Source of the DNA: an uncultured Gemmatimonadales bacterium
GTDB taxonomy: Bacteria > Gemmatimonadota > Gemmatimonadetes > Gemmatimonadales > Gemmatimonadaceae
NCBI GenBank assembly: GCA_963850905.1
Contig: CAWKMU010000003.1
Span: forward strand, 3,552,001-3,616,000
DNA length: 64,000 bases
Direction: 5' to 3'
Shown: piece after piece, positions 32,965 to 44,366 of the stretch
Layout: the number at the start of each line of letters is the position of its first letter
Numbering within the stretch: the stretch's first letter is position 1
Notes under the pieces: generated by a model
Told to the model about the DNA's origin: nothing
What the model saw: only the letters and a program-made list of their open reading frames with translations
Databases searched by the model: none
Translations under genes and position numbers: made by a program

Positions 32965-34217
32965 TCGTGCCCGTTCCGTCCGACGCGCTCGACGCTCAAC
33001 GCGACCGCGTCGCCGCCACCCAGGCACAGCGTCGCCAGCCCGGTGCGTGCGCCGCGATCCCGCATGGCGTAGAGCAGTGTCGTCAGCACACGAGCACCGC
33101 TCGCGCCGATCGGATGGCCGAGCGCGATCGCGCCGCCGTTCACGTTCACGCGGCGCCAGTCCCACCCGAGCTCCGTCCCGTCGGCAAGCGCCTGCGCCGC
33201 GAAGGCTTCGTTCGCTTCAATGAGGTCGTAGTCTCCGATTGATCGGCCATCCTTCCGCATCAGGTTCCGCACGGCGGTAACGGGCGCGAAGAAGAGTTCC
33301 TGCGGCGACACGGCGCCGGTCGCGTACGCGGTGATGCGCGCCATGATCGGCAGCCCATGCTGCGCGTGCGTACTCCTCCGACGCCACGACCAGTGCGGAC
33401 GCGCCGTCGTTCAGCGAGGAGGCGTTACCGGCGGTCACCGACAAGTCACCGGGGCGCATGTCCTTCGGGGCGTCCGAGGCAAACGCCGGCTTGAGCTTGG
33501 CCAGCGATTCGAGTGACGAGTCGCGCCGCGGGCCTTCGTCGGCAGTGACCAGCGTCGGGCCCTTCCGACCCGGGATCTCGACGGGCACGATCTCCGCCGA
33601 AAACTTGCCCGCGTCCATCGCTGCCACGGCCTTCTGATGCGACTCCACGCGCGAATTGATCCTGCGCCGAGCGCGAGACGCTGGCCTTGCGTGCGGTATA
33701 CTCGGCGTGCCCACCCATGTGGACGTCGCAGAACGCGCACCACAGGCCGTCCCGAATCACCCCGTCCACCAATGTCTGGTCCCCGAGCTTGTAGCCGGTC
33801 CTCGCGCCGTACTGATAGTAGGGGGCATTGGACATGGATTCCTGTCCACCCGCGACCAGGAGCTCGGCGTCCCCTGCACGAATCGCCTGCGCGGCGAGCA
33901 TGACGGCCTTGAGCCCGGAGCCGCACACCTTGTTGACGGTGACCGCCGAGACCGTGGCCGGAATACCCGCCTTGATCGCCGCTTGGCGTGCGGGCGCCTG
34001 GCCAACGCCGCCCTGCACCACGTTGCCCATGATGACTTCCTGCAGGGCGCCCGGTTCGATGCCCGCCCGCTCGACCGCGGCGCGGATCGCGATCGCGCCG
34101 AGCTCGGGCGCGGTCAGAGGTGACAGCCCGCCCAGGAATCGACCGATAGGGGTGCGCGCCGCCGATACGATGACCGGTGTGCGTGCCGCAGAATGCAGTA
34201 GCCGAAGAAGTGGACAC
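32960..34217 (-). CDS. Acetyl-CoA C-acetyltransferase (thiolase; multiple frameshifts, ends approximate)
   Basis: [44 protein letters not shown]. Confidence 0.9.
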
Positions 34218-34246
34218 AGTAAACTCCGCAGAGGATAGGCCTCGGC

Positions 34247-36217
34247 CTAGTCGGCGGCGGCCCCCGCGACCTCGGGAGCGCCGGCGTGCAGCGTCAGCGA
34301 CCGGGAATCGATCTCCCGGCGCAATGCACGAGCGAACTGATCGACCGAAATTGGGACCGGACGCTGTTTCTCGCCCGCGCCGCGCACAGTGACCGCCACG
34401 GTCCCGTCGTTCGCCTCGCGTTTCCCGATGACGGCCAGATATGGGACCTTCATGACCGCACCATCGCGGATGCGGTAATTGAGCGTCTCGGCGCGCGCAT
34501 CGAGATGCGCACGAATGCCGTCCGCCCGCAGGCGATCGCACATCGCCGCAGCGACACTGGTGACCTCATCATTGACCGGGAGCACACGGACCTGCTCCGG
34601 GGCGAGCCAGAGCGGAAAGGCGCCGGCATAGTGCTCGATGAGACCACCCACGAATCGCTCCATCGATCCAAGCAACACACGGTGCAGCATGACGGGCCGG
34701 TGAGGCGCGTTGTCGGCACCCGTGTAGGCGAGACCGAATCGCTCGGGGAGGTTGAAGTCGAGTTGCACCGTCGGCCCCTGCCACCGGCGGCCAATGGCAT
34801 CCACGAGCTTGTAGTCGAGCTTCGGCCCGTAGAACGCACCGCCGCCAGCGTCAATGGTGTACGCCTGCCGCCGATCCGTGAGGGCGGCGGCCAGCATGTC
34901 CTCGGCTGCTGCCCACTGCTCCCGTGTGCCGAGCGCCTTGTCCGGCTTCGTCGAGAGCTCGATGGAATACTCGTAGCCGAAGACACGCAACATCTCGTCG
35001 ACGAGATCGAGCAGGCGCACGATCTCGCCGGGTGCCTGCTCCGGCGTGCAAAACACGTGCGCGTCGTCCTGCGTGAAGCCGCGAACGCGCAGCAACCCGT
35101 GGAGCACTCCGCTCCGCTCGTACCGGTATAGCGTGCCGAACTCCGCGAAACGCAAGGGGAGGTCGCGATACGAGCGCGAACGGGTCTGGTAGATGGCGAT
35201 GTGTCCCGGGCAGTTCATCGGCTTCGGCCGGTAGCCAACGCCTTCGATATCCATCGCGCCGAACATGTTCTCGCGGAAGTTCTCGAGGTGTCCGGAGATC
35301 TCGAACAACTTCTCGTTCATGATGTGCGGCGTGTAAACGAGCTCGTATCCGCGTCGCAGAATGAGGTCACGCTCGAAATTCTCGATCTCGTTGCGGATCA
35401 CGGCGCCACGGGGATGCCACAAGATCAGCCCCGGTCCGACGCGCGCATCGGTCGAAAACAGGTCGAGCTGGGCGCCCAGCGTGCGGTGGTCGCGTCGCTT
35501 CGCTTCTTCCAGGCGATGCAGATACGCGTCCAGGTCCGCCTGCTTCCACCATGCAGTCGCGTAGATCCGCTGGAGCATCGGCCGGCGCTCGTCGCCACGC
35601 CAGTACGCCCCGGCCGTGTGCAACAGCTTGAAGTGCTTCAGATACGACGTATCCGGAACGTGTGGCCCCCGGCACAGATCAATGAATGGCCCGTCCGTGT
35701 ACGTGGAAATGACCTCATCGGCCCCGAGATCCGAGATGCGCTCGAGTTTCAACGGGTCGTCCGCAAATCGACGTCTGGCTTCGTCGCGGCTGATTTCCTC
35801 CCGCACGAACGGGTAGCGCTCCGTCACCACGCGCTGCATCTCCCGCTCGAACGCGCTCAGGTCGTCCGGCGTGAATGGCGCCACCACGCCGAAGTCGTAG
35901 TAGAAGCCGTCCTCGATCGACGGGCCGAAGCCGATTTGCGCGTCGGGTCGCACGCGACGCACGGCCGTCGCGAGGATGTGCGCACCGCTGTGTCGCAGGA
36001 CGTCGAGCGACCGGGGATCGTCAGCGGTGAGCACGCGGAACGCCCCCTGCGCGCGCAACGGTGTCATCAAGTCCTGAATGACCCCGTCGACCTCCACCGC
36101 GATCGCATCACGGAGCAAGCGCGGCCCGATCGACGCCACAACTTCTCGCGCCAGTGTGCCTTCCGGAACGTCCCGACCGGTGCCATCCGGCAACGTCAGG
36201 TGAAGCGTGGCGGTCAC
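34247..36217 (-). CDS. thrS: Threonine--tRNA ligase
   Basis: RHSGAH, DLCRGPH, RDHR, KPMNCPGH, RVRGFTQDD, GAFYGPK, GSMERF. Confidence 0.97.
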   Translation of the reverse strand: MTATLHLTLPDGTGRDVPEGTLAREVVASIGPRLLRDAIAVEVDGVIQDLMTPLRAQGAFRVLTADDPRSLDVLRHSGAHILATAVRRVRPDAQIGFGPSIEDGFYYDFGVVAPFTPDDLSAFEREMQRVVTERYPFVREEISRDEARRRFADDPLKLERISDLGADEVISTYTDGPFIDLCRGPHVPDTSYLKHFKLLHTAGAYWRGDERRPMLQRIYATAWWKQADLDAYLHRLEEAKRRDHRTLGAQLDLFSTDARVGPGLILWHPRGAVIRNEIENFERDLILRRGYELVYTPHIMNEKLFEISGHLENFRENMFGAMDIEGVGYRPKPMNCPGHIAIYQTRSRSYRDLPLRFAEFGTLYRYERSGVLHGLLRVRGFTQDDAHVFCTPEQAPGEIVRLLDLVDEMLRVFGYEYSIELSTKPDKALGTREQWAAAEDMLAAALTDRRQAYTIDAGGGAFYGPKLDYKLVDAIGRRWQGPTVQLDFNLPERFGLAYTGADNAPHRPVMLHRVLLGSMERFVGGLIEHYAGAFPLWLAPEQVRVLPVNDEVTSVAAAMCDRLRADGIRAHLDARAETLNYRIRDGAVMKVPYLAVIGKREANDGTVAVTVRGAGEKQRPVPISVDQFARALRREIDSRSLTLHAGAPEVAGAAAD

Positions 36218-36498
36218 CGCCCCCGACCAAACAATGGCACGACCGCCTGCTCGTACCGGAAATACATCACGAGCCCCGCAACGAGGGCCGCCAACACGGT
36301 TCCCCACACGACAACCCGCATCATGTCGCCGCCCGGCCGCACGGCCCGGCGCCGCACACTAGCCGTGCGCGCGTTCGCCGCCGGCTGTGATGCCGCGGCT
36401 GGCGCCGGGCTCGGTACGCCCCCGCCTTGCGCCCGCTCCTCGAGCGGCGGCTCGCCCGGCGTGGCGTCAGTCTTGCCGGTATATTGTCCGGGCTCCAT
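36214..36498 (-). CDS. Small membrane protein
   Basis: 94 aa with one C-terminal TM helix; its stop overlaps the thrS GTG. Confidence 0.55.
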   Translation of the reverse strand: MEPGQYTGKTDATPGEPPLEERAQGGGVPSPAPAAASQPAANARTASVRRRAVRPGGDMMRVVVWGTVLAALVAGLVMYFRYEQAVVPLFGRGR

Positions 36499-36557
36499 GT
36501 CTTGCCAAAGTTAACCGCGGACCCTTTGCGCTCGCTACCGACGTAGCGGGAGTCCTC

Positions 36558-37454
36558 ATGCAGCGTTGGCGCGTGCGGCGTCGCGACGAAACCCCGTCTG
36601 TCGGTACCGGATTGGCGTTTCTCGCAGTCGGGTTGGTCGCCGGGTTGGCACTCGGCACCTATCTCGCGGACCGATTGGGTGGCGTCGGCGGCATCTCCGC
36701 GCGGGTGCGGAGCCGCGTCGGCAGTGCCGGCGGTCGACGAGGCGTGCGTGGTGCACCCGAGCGGGCGGCCGAACCCGCTGCGGAGCCGCAGGACGAGCTC
36801 ACCACCTTCGACCATGAGTATCAAGAGCATGAAGAGTGGTCCCCGGTAGATCTGGGGCACGATGAGCCGCTCGGTGTGTCGGCACACGAGTTGGGCGAAG
36901 TCGCCGACGAGGATGTAGAGATGGCTGACGAGGACATGGAAGGCTTTGCGAGCGCCGATCCCGAGCTCGAAGACCGAGTGCTGGCCGCCTTTACCAACGA
37001 TCCCGTGCTCTCGGAGCGCGCTATCGATATCGGGGCGATCAGTCCCTGCACGATCGAGCTGACGGGAATGGTGTATACGGACGATGAGTACGAACACGCG
37101 ACCATAGTGACCCGGGGAGTGCCGGGCGTCGAAACGGTCGTCAATCGCCTTTCCATCCGTGCAGACGATGCGTCCACTCAGCAGTCGGCCCGACGCTACA
37201 CCGCCGGGGACCCCCGCTACACCGGCGCGCGATGGGAGAACGAGCGCGTGGGCACGGGCCGGCGACGCCAGGGCACATCGCAAGACGTGGGGCGGCACGC
37301 AGATCCGAAGGTGCCGCTCGAGAGTCGCGCCCTCGACGCCGCGGAAGCCGTGCGCGATGCCGCTGATGACATCCCGCCCGCAAGAATCCGTCGTGACGAG
37401 TCGCCGCGACCGATCGACCAACGACCGGCAGCCGAAGACCTCGGAGCGCCCTGA
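36558..37454 (+). CDS. BON-domain membrane protein
   Basis: N-terminal TM, acidic linker, BON-like LEDRVLAAF...IELTGMV...GVPGVETVVNRLSI. Confidence 0.8.
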   Translation: MQRWRVRRRDETPSVGTGLAFLAVGLVAGLALGTYLADRLGGVGGISARVRSRVGSAGGRRGVRGAPERAAEPAAEPQDELTTFDHEYQEHEEWSPVDLGHDEPLGVSAHELGEVADEDVEMADEDMEGFASADPELEDRVLAAFTNDPVLSERAIDIGAISPCTIELTGMVYTDDEYEHATIVTRGVPGVETVVNRLSIRADDASTQQSARRYTAGDPRYTGARWENERVGTGRRRQGTSQDVGRHADPKVPLESRALDAAEAVRDAADDIPPARIRRDESPRPIDQRPAAEDLGAP

Positions 37455-37499
37455 CGTCCACGCGCCCCGGATGGCTTCGCGCCGTTCGGGTTGTCGGGC

Positions 37500-37511
37500 T
37501 ACATTTGAACG
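37500..37511 (+). promoter_or_regulatory. Possible -10 element giving a leaderless valS mRNA
   Basis: TACATT (37500-37505), 6 nt, ATG 37512; no SD. Confidence 0.4.
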
Positions 37512-40317
37512 ATGGCGGCAGTGACCGCGCGCGACGGCGACCTATCAGCCCAATATGACGCGGCCGCCACCGAGCGTGAAGTCACGGCTCGGTGGGAGGT
37601 GGCGCACGCCTTCACCGCTGACCCCGCGCAGACCACGCGTCTCGGCGGCGAGCGCCCGGCCTTCGTGATTTGCATGCCGCCGCCCAACGTGACGGCGATC
37701 CTGCACGTGGGACACGGGCTCGACATCACCGTGCAGGACGTCCTGATCAGGTGGCGCCGGATGGCTGGCGACGAAGCGCTCTGGCAGCCCGGCACCGATC
37801 ACGCGGGCATCGCAACACAGAACGCCGTCGAGAAGATCCTCGCGCGCGAGGGCACGACGCGGCGCGCCCTGGGCCGTGACGCATTCGTCGAGCGCATCGC
37901 GTGCTTCGTCGAGCAGACCGGCGGGACCATCCTGCAGCAGCTGCGCGGCATTGGCGCCTCGGCCGACTGGTCACGCACGGCGTACACCCTGTCGCCCGCG
38001 CTGTCCCGCGCGGTCCGCGAAGCGTTCGTGCGCCTCTACGAGGAAGGCCTGATCTATCGCGGACACCGCGTGATCCACTGGTGCCCGCGCTGCCTCACGT
38101 CGCTCAGCGATGAGGAAGCCGAGCATGAGGATGAGCAGGGCCGGCTGTACCACATTCGGTATCCCGTGGCCGGCGACCCGCAGCGTGCGATCATCATCGC
38201 CACCACACGACCGGAAACAATGCTCGGCGACGTGGCCGTCGCGGTCCACCCGACCGACGAGCGATACCGCGACCTCGTGGGCCGCCGCGTCGTGTTGCCG
38301 ATCGTCGGCGTGGAGATCCCAGTCATCGCCGATGCGGGGGTCGATCCGGCATTTGGGACCGGCGCCGTGAAGGTGACGCCGGCGCACGACCCCAACGATT
38401 TCGAGATCGGCCAGCGCCATGACCTGCCGTCGCCCGTCATCATGAACCCGGCCGCGGAAATGGAGGCCGGCGATGCCGCCGCGGGGCGCGTACCGCCCGA
38501 TCTCGCGGGTTTGAGTCGCTTTGACGCCCGTTCACGGATCGTCGAATCCCTGCGGACGATGGGCTTGCTCGAGCGCGTGCAGGACCATGTGCACGCGGTG
38601 CGACACTGCTACCGATGCGCAACCGTCGTAGAGCCGCGCCTGTCGGATCAGTGGTTCGTTCGGATGGCACCGCTCGCGGCGCCCGCACTGGCCGCCGTCC
38701 GATCAGGCGAGATCCGCATCATGCCCGAGCGATGGGTCGCGGTCTACGAGCAATTGGATGGAGAACATCCGCGACTGGAACATCTCGCGGCAGCTGTGGT
38801 GGGGCCACCGCATCCCGGTGTGGTATTGCGACGCATGCGGGTGGGAAGGCACCTCGCGCGATGATCTCGCCGCATGCCCGCGGTGCCATGGCGCGCTGAG
38901 GCAGGACGAGGACGTGCTCGACACGTGGTTCTCGTCGTGGCTGTGGCCACTCTCGACACTCGGCTGGCCCGACGACACGGCGGAGATGCACGCGTTCTAC
39001 CCGGGCGATGTCCTCGTCAGCGGCCCCGACATCCTCTTCTTCTGGGTCGCTCGCATGATCATGGCCGGGCTGCATTTTGACGGCCGTCCGCCCTTCCACA
39101 CAGTGCTGTTGCACGGCATCGTGCGCGATCTCAACCGACGGAAGATGTCGAAGTCGTTGGGCAACGGGATCGATCCACTGGATGTCGTGGCGCGATATGG
39201 TGCGGATGCGCTTCGCTACACAGTGATCGCCGGAATGGGCCTCGGCACCGACCTCCTGCTCGATCCGGACAGCCTCGAGCGATCGTTCGCGCCCGGTCGA
39301 AACTTTGTGACCAAGCTGTGGAACATGGGCCGCTTCCTCCTCACCAACCTGGGGGCGGCGCTCGACGAGGCCGACGATCTCGCACAGCTCGAGGCAGGGC
39401 CGCTCACGCGGGCTGACCACTGGATTCTCGCACGCCTCGACGCGGCGATCGCGGCGAGTGACGCTGCCCTGGGCCCCCCACGACCCGGGCCGGATGGGCA
39501 CTGGGCGGAGGCCCAGCGCGAGACCGGGATGCGGTTGAGTGAGTACGTCGAAAGTGCACGCGCGTTCGTCTGGGGCGATTTCGCGGACTGGTACATCGAG
39601 CATTGCAAGGGGCGGCTGGCAAGCGACTGGGATCGGCATGACGCGCTGACGGCACGCGCGGTGCTCGTGTACGTCTTCGACATGGCGCTGCGGCTCCTGC
39701 ACCCGGTCGTGCCGTACGTGACCGAGGCGCTCTGGCAACGGCTCCCGGTCCCTTCGAGGCCCGATGCCGTCGTGCTGGCTCGGGCCCCGTGGCCCACTCG
39801 CGCCGCGGAAAGCGAGAACGCGTGGCCGATCCGCGACGACGCAGCCCGAGAATACGAGTGGGTGCGCGAGGCCGTGTCGGCGCTGCGCCAGATTCGGACC
39901 GACTACCGGATCGGCGAGCGCGTCATCGTGGACGCGGTCATCGAGCCGGCGTCGACGGCCGAAAGTGTCTTCACCGACGAAGCGGCGGCGATCGGGCGCC
40001 TGACGTGGAGCCGCGTCCGCGTAGCCCGCGGCCTCGCACACGACGATGCGGCGGCGACCGCCGTGCTGTCCGACGGTTCAACCGTCATCGTCCCGCTCGC
40101 GGGCGTGATCGACCTGGCGCAGGAGTGCAAGCGCCTCCAGGCGGAGCTTCAACCGCTGGAGAGTCAGCTCGCGAAGCTGCGCGAGCGGCTCGCCAACCCG
40201 GGATTCACCGCCCGGGCACCGTCACAGGTCGTGGAGGCCGAGCGCACCAGGGAACAGGAATGGTCGGCGCGCGCCGATCAGTTGCGCGCGCGGGTGCGCG
40301 CCGTGTGCCGCGGGTGA
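37512..40317 (+). CDS. valS: Valine--tRNA ligase (frameshift near 38753)
   Basis: PPPNVT..LHVGH, GTDHAGIATQ, TTRPET, DWNISRQLWWGH, KMSKS, C-terminal coiled coil. Confidence 0.96.
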
Positions 40318-41762
40318 GCAGGCCGGAACCCGGGCCGCTCTGCGTCGAGTGTCCGCCTCCAGCACCGCGCCCGAAGCTCGGGTCGCGGAGCATCGGGCGT
40401 TGGGTCGCGTTAGTGAGTGGTGCGCTGGCCGCCGCCTGTGCCGGCAACGTGCCGCCGCCCGGCGGCGCGCCGCGCCACAACCCGCCGCTCGTCCTGTTCT
40501 TCATCCCGGAGACCAACGCCGTCAACGTCCGGGTGCACGAAGCGTCGATCCAGTTCGACGAGGTCATCAATCAGCGCCCGCAAGGCGCCACCGATCTCGC
40601 GGGACTCTTTCTCATCTCGCCATGGGACGGAGACCCGAACGTGGGTTGGCACCGAAGCCGCATCACGATTCGCCCGCGCCACGGATTTCGACGCAATACG
40701 GTCTACACCATCACGATGTTGCCGGGCATCGTAGACCTGCACAACAACGTGCGACGGAATGGCGCGACGCTGACGTTCTCGACCGGGCCGTCAATTCCCG
40801 CCACGATCGTGCATGGACGCGTATTCGACTGGCTGACAGGCCAGGTCGCTCCGCGAGCCTTTGTGCAAGCGTTCAAGCCGACGGACACGACACTCGTCTT
40901 CGTGGCCGAAGCCGACTCCAATGGGCTGTTTATCCTGCCGCACCTCGCCCCGGCCGAATACGTCGTCCGCGGCTTCGTCGACGCAAACCATAATCGCAAG
41001 CTCGACCGAACCGAGATCTGGGATACGGTCCACATCAACCTCGTGGACAGTGGGCGTGTAGAACTCCTGGCCTTCTCGCACGACACGATCGGGCCACACA
41101 TCAGCGAAGTCACGGTGCGCGACAGCGTCACCCTGCGGGTGACATTGGATCGCGGTCTCGACACGACGACCCGCATCTCGCCCGCATTGTTCACGCTGAA
41201 GGACAAGGATTCCGCGCTGGTCGCCATCTCCGGCGCGCGCTCGGCGGCCGCGTACGACTCAGCCGCTGACTCGGCCACGCGGGCACGCACGGATTCCATC
41301 TTCCGCAGTGACTCCGCGCGCCGTGCCGCTGCGGGCCTCGGGATCACGGACACGGCGCTCGCCCGCCGCCGCGAAGCGCGACTGGCCGCGCGGCGCGACT
41401 CGGTGGCGCGCCTCCGCCGGCCGCGGCCCAGCAAGCCGAGCCCAGTCCACGAGATCGTCGTGCAGCTGGCGACACCCCTCAAACCAGGGTACTACCGGCT
41501 GAGCGCAGCCAATTTGAGGGGTCTCCTCGGGAAGGAACGCTCCAGCGACCGCGTGTTCAACGTCCCCAAGCCGCCGGAAGCCGATTCCGCCGCTCGCGCC
41601 CGCGCCCACGCCGACAGCGCGCATCGGCTGCGCCGTGCCCCGCTCGGCCCGGGAGCGCCGCCCGCTGGAGGTTCGCAGTCCCCTACGCCCAGCCCCCCTC
41701 CCCAGGCCCCACCGTCACCTGGTAATCCGCCGGCCGTCACCCAGCCACCCGGAGAGCGTTAG
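40314..41762 (+). CDS. Lipoprotein with bacterial Ig-like domain(s)
   Basis: LAAAC lipobox followed by PPPGG, I.FDE.I, YTIT...GIVDLHNN; Pro-rich tail; GTG overlaps the valS stop. Confidence 0.75.
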   Translation: MSRPEPGPLCVECPPPAPRPKLGSRSIGRWVALVSGALAAACAGNVPPPGGAPRHNPPLVLFFIPETNAVNVRVHEASIQFDEVINQRPQGATDLAGLFLISPWDGDPNVGWHRSRITIRPRHGFRRNTVYTITMLPGIVDLHNNVRRNGATLTFSTGPSIPATIVHGRVFDWLTGQVAPRAFVQAFKPTDTTLVFVAEADSNGLFILPHLAPAEYVVRGFVDANHNRKLDRTEIWDTVHINLVDSGRVELLAFSHDTIGPHISEVTVRDSVTLRVTLDRGLDTTTRISPALFTLKDKDSALVAISGARSAAAYDSAADSATRARTDSIFRSDSARRAAAGLGITDTALARRREARLAARRDSVARLRRPRPSKPSPVHEIVVQLATPLKPGYYRLSAANLRGLLGKERSSDRVFNVPKPPEADSAARARAHADSAHRLRRAPLGPGAPPAGGSQSPTPSPPPQAPPSPGNPPAVTQPPGER

Positions 41763-43117
41763 TGGACGCCCGACGCACGCTGCCATCCGTGCACGCCCTG
41801 GTGGATGATGAGCTCGTGCGACCGCTACTCGAGCGCGCGCCGCGCCCGTTGGTGACGGACGCCGTCCGAGCCGTCATAGAGCGCGCGCGACAGGACCCCG
41901 CGAGCGCCCCGCGCGATCGGGCGGCCTGGGCGGCCGCCATCGGGGCTGCGCTGGCCGAGCGGGAGCGGCCGTCGTTGCGCCCGGCGTATAACGCGACCGG
42001 CGTCGTGCTGCACACCAATCTCGGTCGCGCGCCCCTTGCCGATGTGGCGCTCGCGGCGATCCAGCAGACGGCGGCAGGCTACTGCAACCTGGAATACGAC
42101 CTCGCCGAAGGGAGCCGCGGATCCCGGTATGATCACTGCGTGGCGCTCTTGCGCGAGCTCACGGGTGCCGAAGATGCGATTGTGGTGAACAATTGCGCGG
42201 CCGCGCTCGTGCTCGCGCTGAATACGATGGCGGAGGGACGGGAGGCGCTGGTCTCCCGCGGTGAATTGATCGAGATCGGAGGCAGCTTCCGCGTACCGGA
42301 TATCATGGCGAAAAGCGGTGCCCGCCTCGTCGAAGTCGGCACGACCAATCGGACCTATGCAGCGGATTACGCGGCGGCGCTGACAGATCAGAGCGGCGCT
42401 ATCGTCAAGGTACATCGAAGCAACTTCGCGGTTGCGGGATTTGTCGCTGCCGCGACCCTCGAGGAGCTCGTCGCGCTCGCGCACCTGAGGTCGGTTCCGG
42501 TAATCCACGATTTTGGAAGTGGACTGATGCTCGACCTGGGTCCCTTCGGACTGACGGGCGAGCCCACCGCGGGTGATGCGGTCCGCGCCGGCGTAGACAT
42601 CCTGGCGATGAGTGGAGACAAGCTGCTTGGTGGTCCGCAGGCCGGCATCATGCTGGGACGCGCGGGCGCGGTCGCCCGTCTGCGCAAAAACCCACTGCTG
42701 CGAGCGCTCCGCGTCGACAAGCTGACCATCGCGGCATTGGAAGCGACGCTCGCCCTGTACCGTGATCCCGAGCGGGCCGTGCACCTCATTCCCGCACTCG
42801 CCATGCTCACGGCACCCGAAGCAGCAGTGCGGGCGCGAGCAACTGACTTCGCAGCCGCACTCCACAGGGCGGGCATTGAGGCAGACATTGTGGACTCGGT
42901 CGCGAGCGTCGGCGGTGGAGCGTTTCCGACCGCGCGCATTCCGTCGGCCGCCGTGCGACTCGCCGGTGACGCGGTGACCACCGAAGAACGCCTCCGGACG
43001 GTGACGCCCCCCGTGATAGCTCGGGTAGCGGATGATCACGTGCTGCTAGACCTGCGAAGCGTCCCCGTGCGCGATGACGCCAATTTCCGGAGAACCGTGG
43101 TCACGGCCTTATCGTGA
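41762..43117 (+). CDS. selA: L-seryl-tRNA(Sec) selenium transferase
   Basis: NATGVVLHTNLGRAP, VNNCAAA, SRGELIEIGGSFR, EVGTTN, SGDKLLGGPQAG. Confidence 0.95.
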   Translation: MDARRTLPSVHALVDDELVRPLLERAPRPLVTDAVRAVIERARQDPASAPRDRAAWAAAIGAALAERERPSLRPAYNATGVVLHTNLGRAPLADVALAAIQQTAAGYCNLEYDLAEGSRGSRYDHCVALLRELTGAEDAIVVNNCAAALVLALNTMAEGREALVSRGELIEIGGSFRVPDIMAKSGARLVEVGTTNRTYAADYAAALTDQSGAIVKVHRSNFAVAGFVAAATLEELVALAHLRSVPVIHDFGSGLMLDLGPFGLTGEPTAGDAVRAGVDILAMSGDKLLGGPQAGIMLGRAGAVARLRKNPLLRALRVDKLTIAALEATLALYRDPERAVHLIPALAMLTAPEAAVRARATDFAAALHRAGIEADIVDSVASVGGGAFPTARIPSAAVRLAGDAVTTEERLRTVTPPVIARVADDHVLLDLRSVPVRDDANFRRTVVTALS

Positions 43118-43689
43118 CCCCCCAGACGACTCGCGGGCGCCCCGCCGTGTTCTTCGATCGCGACGGCACGATCATCGATGACAACGGGTACATCGGCGAC
43201 CCGGACGGGGTGACGCTGGTCCCCGGAGCGGCTGACGCAATCGCGCGTGTACGGGCGGCCGGGTTCGCGGTCGTCGTGATTACGAATCAGTCCGGGATCG
43301 CCCGCGGCATGATCACACCGGCTGCATATGCCGCGGTCGCGGCCCGCGTCGACGCGACCATTCGTGCAGCCGGCGCGGCAATCGACGCGACATACATGTG
43401 CCCGCACCACCCGGACGTGAGTGGCCCGTGTGACTGCCGAAAACCGGCGCCAGGGCTGTATCTGCGCGCGGCCCGCGAGCTCGACCTCGACCTCACAGGA
43501 TCGGCCCTCGTCGGAGACCGGTGGCGGGACGTGGCGCCGGCGGCTCAATTGCACGCACGCGGCATTCTCGTGCCCAGCCCGGTCACACCGGCCGCTGACA
43601 CCGAAGAGGCGCAGCGCAACGCCCTCGTTGCGCCGACATTGTCCGCAGCCGTTGACCTGATCCTCGACGACACTAAACTCACGCCGTGA
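43114..43689 (+). CDS. gmhB: D-glycero-D-manno-heptose 1,7-bisphosphate phosphatase-like HAD IIIA hydrolase
   Basis: FDRDGTI, TNQSGIARG, CPHHP...CDCRKP, VGDRWRD. Confidence 0.85.
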   Translation: MTPQTTRGRPAVFFDRDGTIIDDNGYIGDPDGVTLVPGAADAIARVRAAGFAVVVITNQSGIARGMITPAAYAAVAARVDATIRAAGAAIDATYMCPHHPDVSGPCDCRKPAPGLYLRAARELDLDLTGSALVGDRWRDVAPAAQLHARGILVPSPVTPAADTEEAQRNALVAPTLSAAVDLILDDTKLTP

Positions 43690-44366
43690 CTGCACGCATC
43701 GCCGTGTTCGCGTCCGGAGCCGGTTCCAATCTCGAGGCGCTCCTGCAATACCTCGGAGCGCGTCCAGCCGCCCGATCCGCCTCCGCGGCCGTCGCGCTCG
43801 TCGTGTCCAACCGGGCGAGCGCGGGCGCCCTCGGCGTCGCGGCTCGCTACAGCCTGCCGACGTCCGTACTCACGGATCCCGACGACGATCTAGCGATCCT
43901 GAGCCTGCTCGCCCGATCCGACGTCGACATCATCGCCCTGGCGGGATATCTCAAGGCGATTCCGTCCGCCGTCACCGATGGCTTTCGCGGCCGAGCCCTC
44001 AATGTACACCCAGCCCTTCTTCCGGCGTTCGGTGGTCCGGGGATGTATGGACGCCGCGTGCATCGTGCGGTGATCGAGGCTGGGGTGCGCGTGACGGGCG
44101 TGACCGCGCACTTCGTCGACGCGGTCTACGATCGCGGCCCGATCATCACGCAGTGGCCGGTGCAGGTCCGAAGCGACGATTCGCCGGAGACGCTCGCGGC
44201 TCGCGTCCTGCGCGTCGAGCATGCACTGTATCCCCGTGTGGTTGAAGCGGTGGCCGAGGGTCGGGTACGCCTCGATGCCGATGGTCGCGTGAGCACTCAT
44301 GAGTTCGACGCGGCGGACACCGCCCACTTCACGTTACAGCCCGAGGGGGTCACGACATGCGCGTGA
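43686..44366 (+). CDS. purN: Phosphoribosylglycinamide formyltransferase
   Basis: ASGAGSNL, LAGYL, NVHPALLP.FGG.GMYG, HFVD..YD.GPII. Confidence 0.95.
   Translation: MTARIAVFASGAGSNLEALLQYLGARPAARSASAAVALVVSNRASAGALGVAARYSLPTSVLTDPDDDLAILSLLARSDVDIIALAGYLKAIPSAVTDGFRGRALNVHPALLPAFGGPGMYGRRVHRAVIEAGVRVTGVTAHFVDAVYDRGPIITQWPVQVRSDDSPETLAARVLRVEHALYPRVVEAVAEGRVRLDADGRVSTHEFDAADTAHFTLQPEGVTTCA

Noticed and set aside
38740..38770. Programmed frameshift or split valS
   Set aside because: No slippery sequence is visible, and similar indels are scattered through the window, consistent with sequencing error.
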